Assembly (NCBI GenBank): GCA_020536535.1
Contig: JAHLWZ010000855.1
Coordinates: 1 to 64,000 of the forward strand
Origin: Pelomyxa schiedti
Lineage: Eukaryota; Protista; Evosea
DNA: 64,000 nucleotides
Direction of reading: 5' to 3'
The notes beneath the pieces are model-generated. The model worked only from the letters and a program-made list of their open reading frames with translations. It searched no databases and had not been told where the DNA came from. Positions 63,012 through 64,000 of this stretch are shown here, one piece after another. Made by a program: the position numbers and the translations under genes. How positions within the stretch are numbered: the first letter of the stretch is position 1; each line of letters begins with the position of its first letter.

Positions 63012-63556
63012 ATGAAACGGTTCTGCGTTTTGATTGCGGCGCTGTTGGTTGTGTGTGGTATCTCGTTGTCTGCTGCAACTGTGAGTGATGCGGACGATGA
63101 CTTGTTTTGCGGTGACGAGTACTGCAGTGGAGCCGAAGTGAACACCCCTGGTATGTGTCGTGGTGCATTAGCCCGTTAGTTCGTTCTAAGCCTCACGCCA
63201 AGTCCAACATCAGGGCCGATGGTTCTAGTTGACCACCCTGACCATGATGCTATTGTTCGCAAAGGAATCAAGCAATGGTTCGTTCCGTTTTGTCATTCAA
63301 TTGCATTCCAAACATTCCATACCAAAGGCCCACATGGAAGAGTGCACCAAATGTTTTTGACTGGGAATACACTGAAACGGAATGGTGCTATTTCTTGCGT
63401 GGTCAAGTTGAAGTGCTGTGCCGGAGTGGTGACCAGCATGATGATGGTGTTAAGGTGTCAATTAGACCTGGTGACTTTGTTACTTTCCAAGCGGGGCTGA
63501 AGTGCACATGGACAGTTTTGCAGGAAGTGGAGAAGCACTACAAATTTGATGAGTGA
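63012..63556 (+). CDS. Secreted cupin (Cupin_3/EutQ-like, DUF861)
   Basis: Signal peptide MKRFCVLIAALLVVCGISLSA spliced to GIKQWPTWKSAPNVFDWEYTETEWCYFLRGQV...PGDFVTFQAGLKCTWTVLQEVEKHY. Two introns. Confidence 0.88.
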
Positions 63557-63621
63557 AGTTCACTCCCTCTACAGATTGGATAGAAAATAAACTAGGGGTT
63601 TTGAATGTGTATTGTTTCTAG

Positions 63622-64000
63622 TTAGTATCTTCGAACATCAAGTGTGACAGGTGGTGCTTCCTTGGCATCCAGTGTTTTCATGCAAACTGGAAGGTAGTCC
63701 GTGTGTGCTTCAAATTTGGTATTTGTTGGGTTCACCCACGTGAGTGAATGCTTCAACCAGTTCTCGTCATCGCGATTCTAGGGTGAGTGCTGTCAGTAAC
63801 ATGGAAAATGAGTTAACCTCTAGACCGGGTAGTCTTCCCTGGCATGGCTTCCTCGGCTTTCTGTTCTATGCAAAGCAGCGTGCAGTGTAGCAAGAGAAAT
63901 ACCCAACATGTTCCTGAGCTCAAATGCCTCGATAAGGTCACTGTTCCTGATGTACACTTAGTCGAGTATGTAAGTGCTATAAAAAGGACAAACCATATCA
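63622..64000 (-). CDS. SDHA: Succinate dehydrogenase/fumarate reductase flavoprotein subunit, 3' end (partial)
   Basis: [14 protein letters not shown]...[14 protein letters not shown]|[14 protein letters not shown]...[25 protein letters not shown]. Confidence 0.93.

Noticed and set aside
1-64000. tRNA, rRNA, CRISPR arrays, intact transposons or prokaryotic operons
   Set aside because: None were recognised by eye. All prokaryote-like domains sit in intron-containing genes, which argues against contamination. Small ncRNAs could have been missed.

Overview
This is eukaryotic, gene-dense nuclear DNA with about 33 protein-coding genes or fragments. Introns are numerous and short (mostly 30-60 nt, GT-AG), intergenic gaps are often under 300 bp, and many proteins carry long Ser/Thr/Pro/Gln low-complexity tracts. 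The style and gene content suggest a free-living amoebozoan, possibly an Archamoeba such as Pelomyxa (inference only). I spliced gene models by hand, so boundaries are approximate. Recognisable genes: GH18 hydrolase, triple-RGS protein, Ank-VPS9 GEF, cyclin L, EFCAB9-like, ZNHIT1/Swc6, a dual-specificity phosphatase, WDR44-like, PH-ArfGAP, Ank-TKL kinase, PHO80-type cyclin, MYG1, LENG8/Thp3, an amino-acid transporter, NADAR, a secreted cupin and the 3' end of SDHA. Main leads: (1) an orphan protein with a motif order like RhsP2-type RNA ADP-ribosyltransferase toxins; (2) several prokaryote- or phage-like modules joined to eukaryotic scaffolds (WD40, VPS9, F-box, membrane anchor); (3) an LRR gene built from nine identical-phase 69-nt exons, followed by a decayed Atg1/ULK-like kinase; (4) a secreted Gly-Val repeat protein. 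No tRNA, rRNA, CRISPR array or intact mobile element was found.
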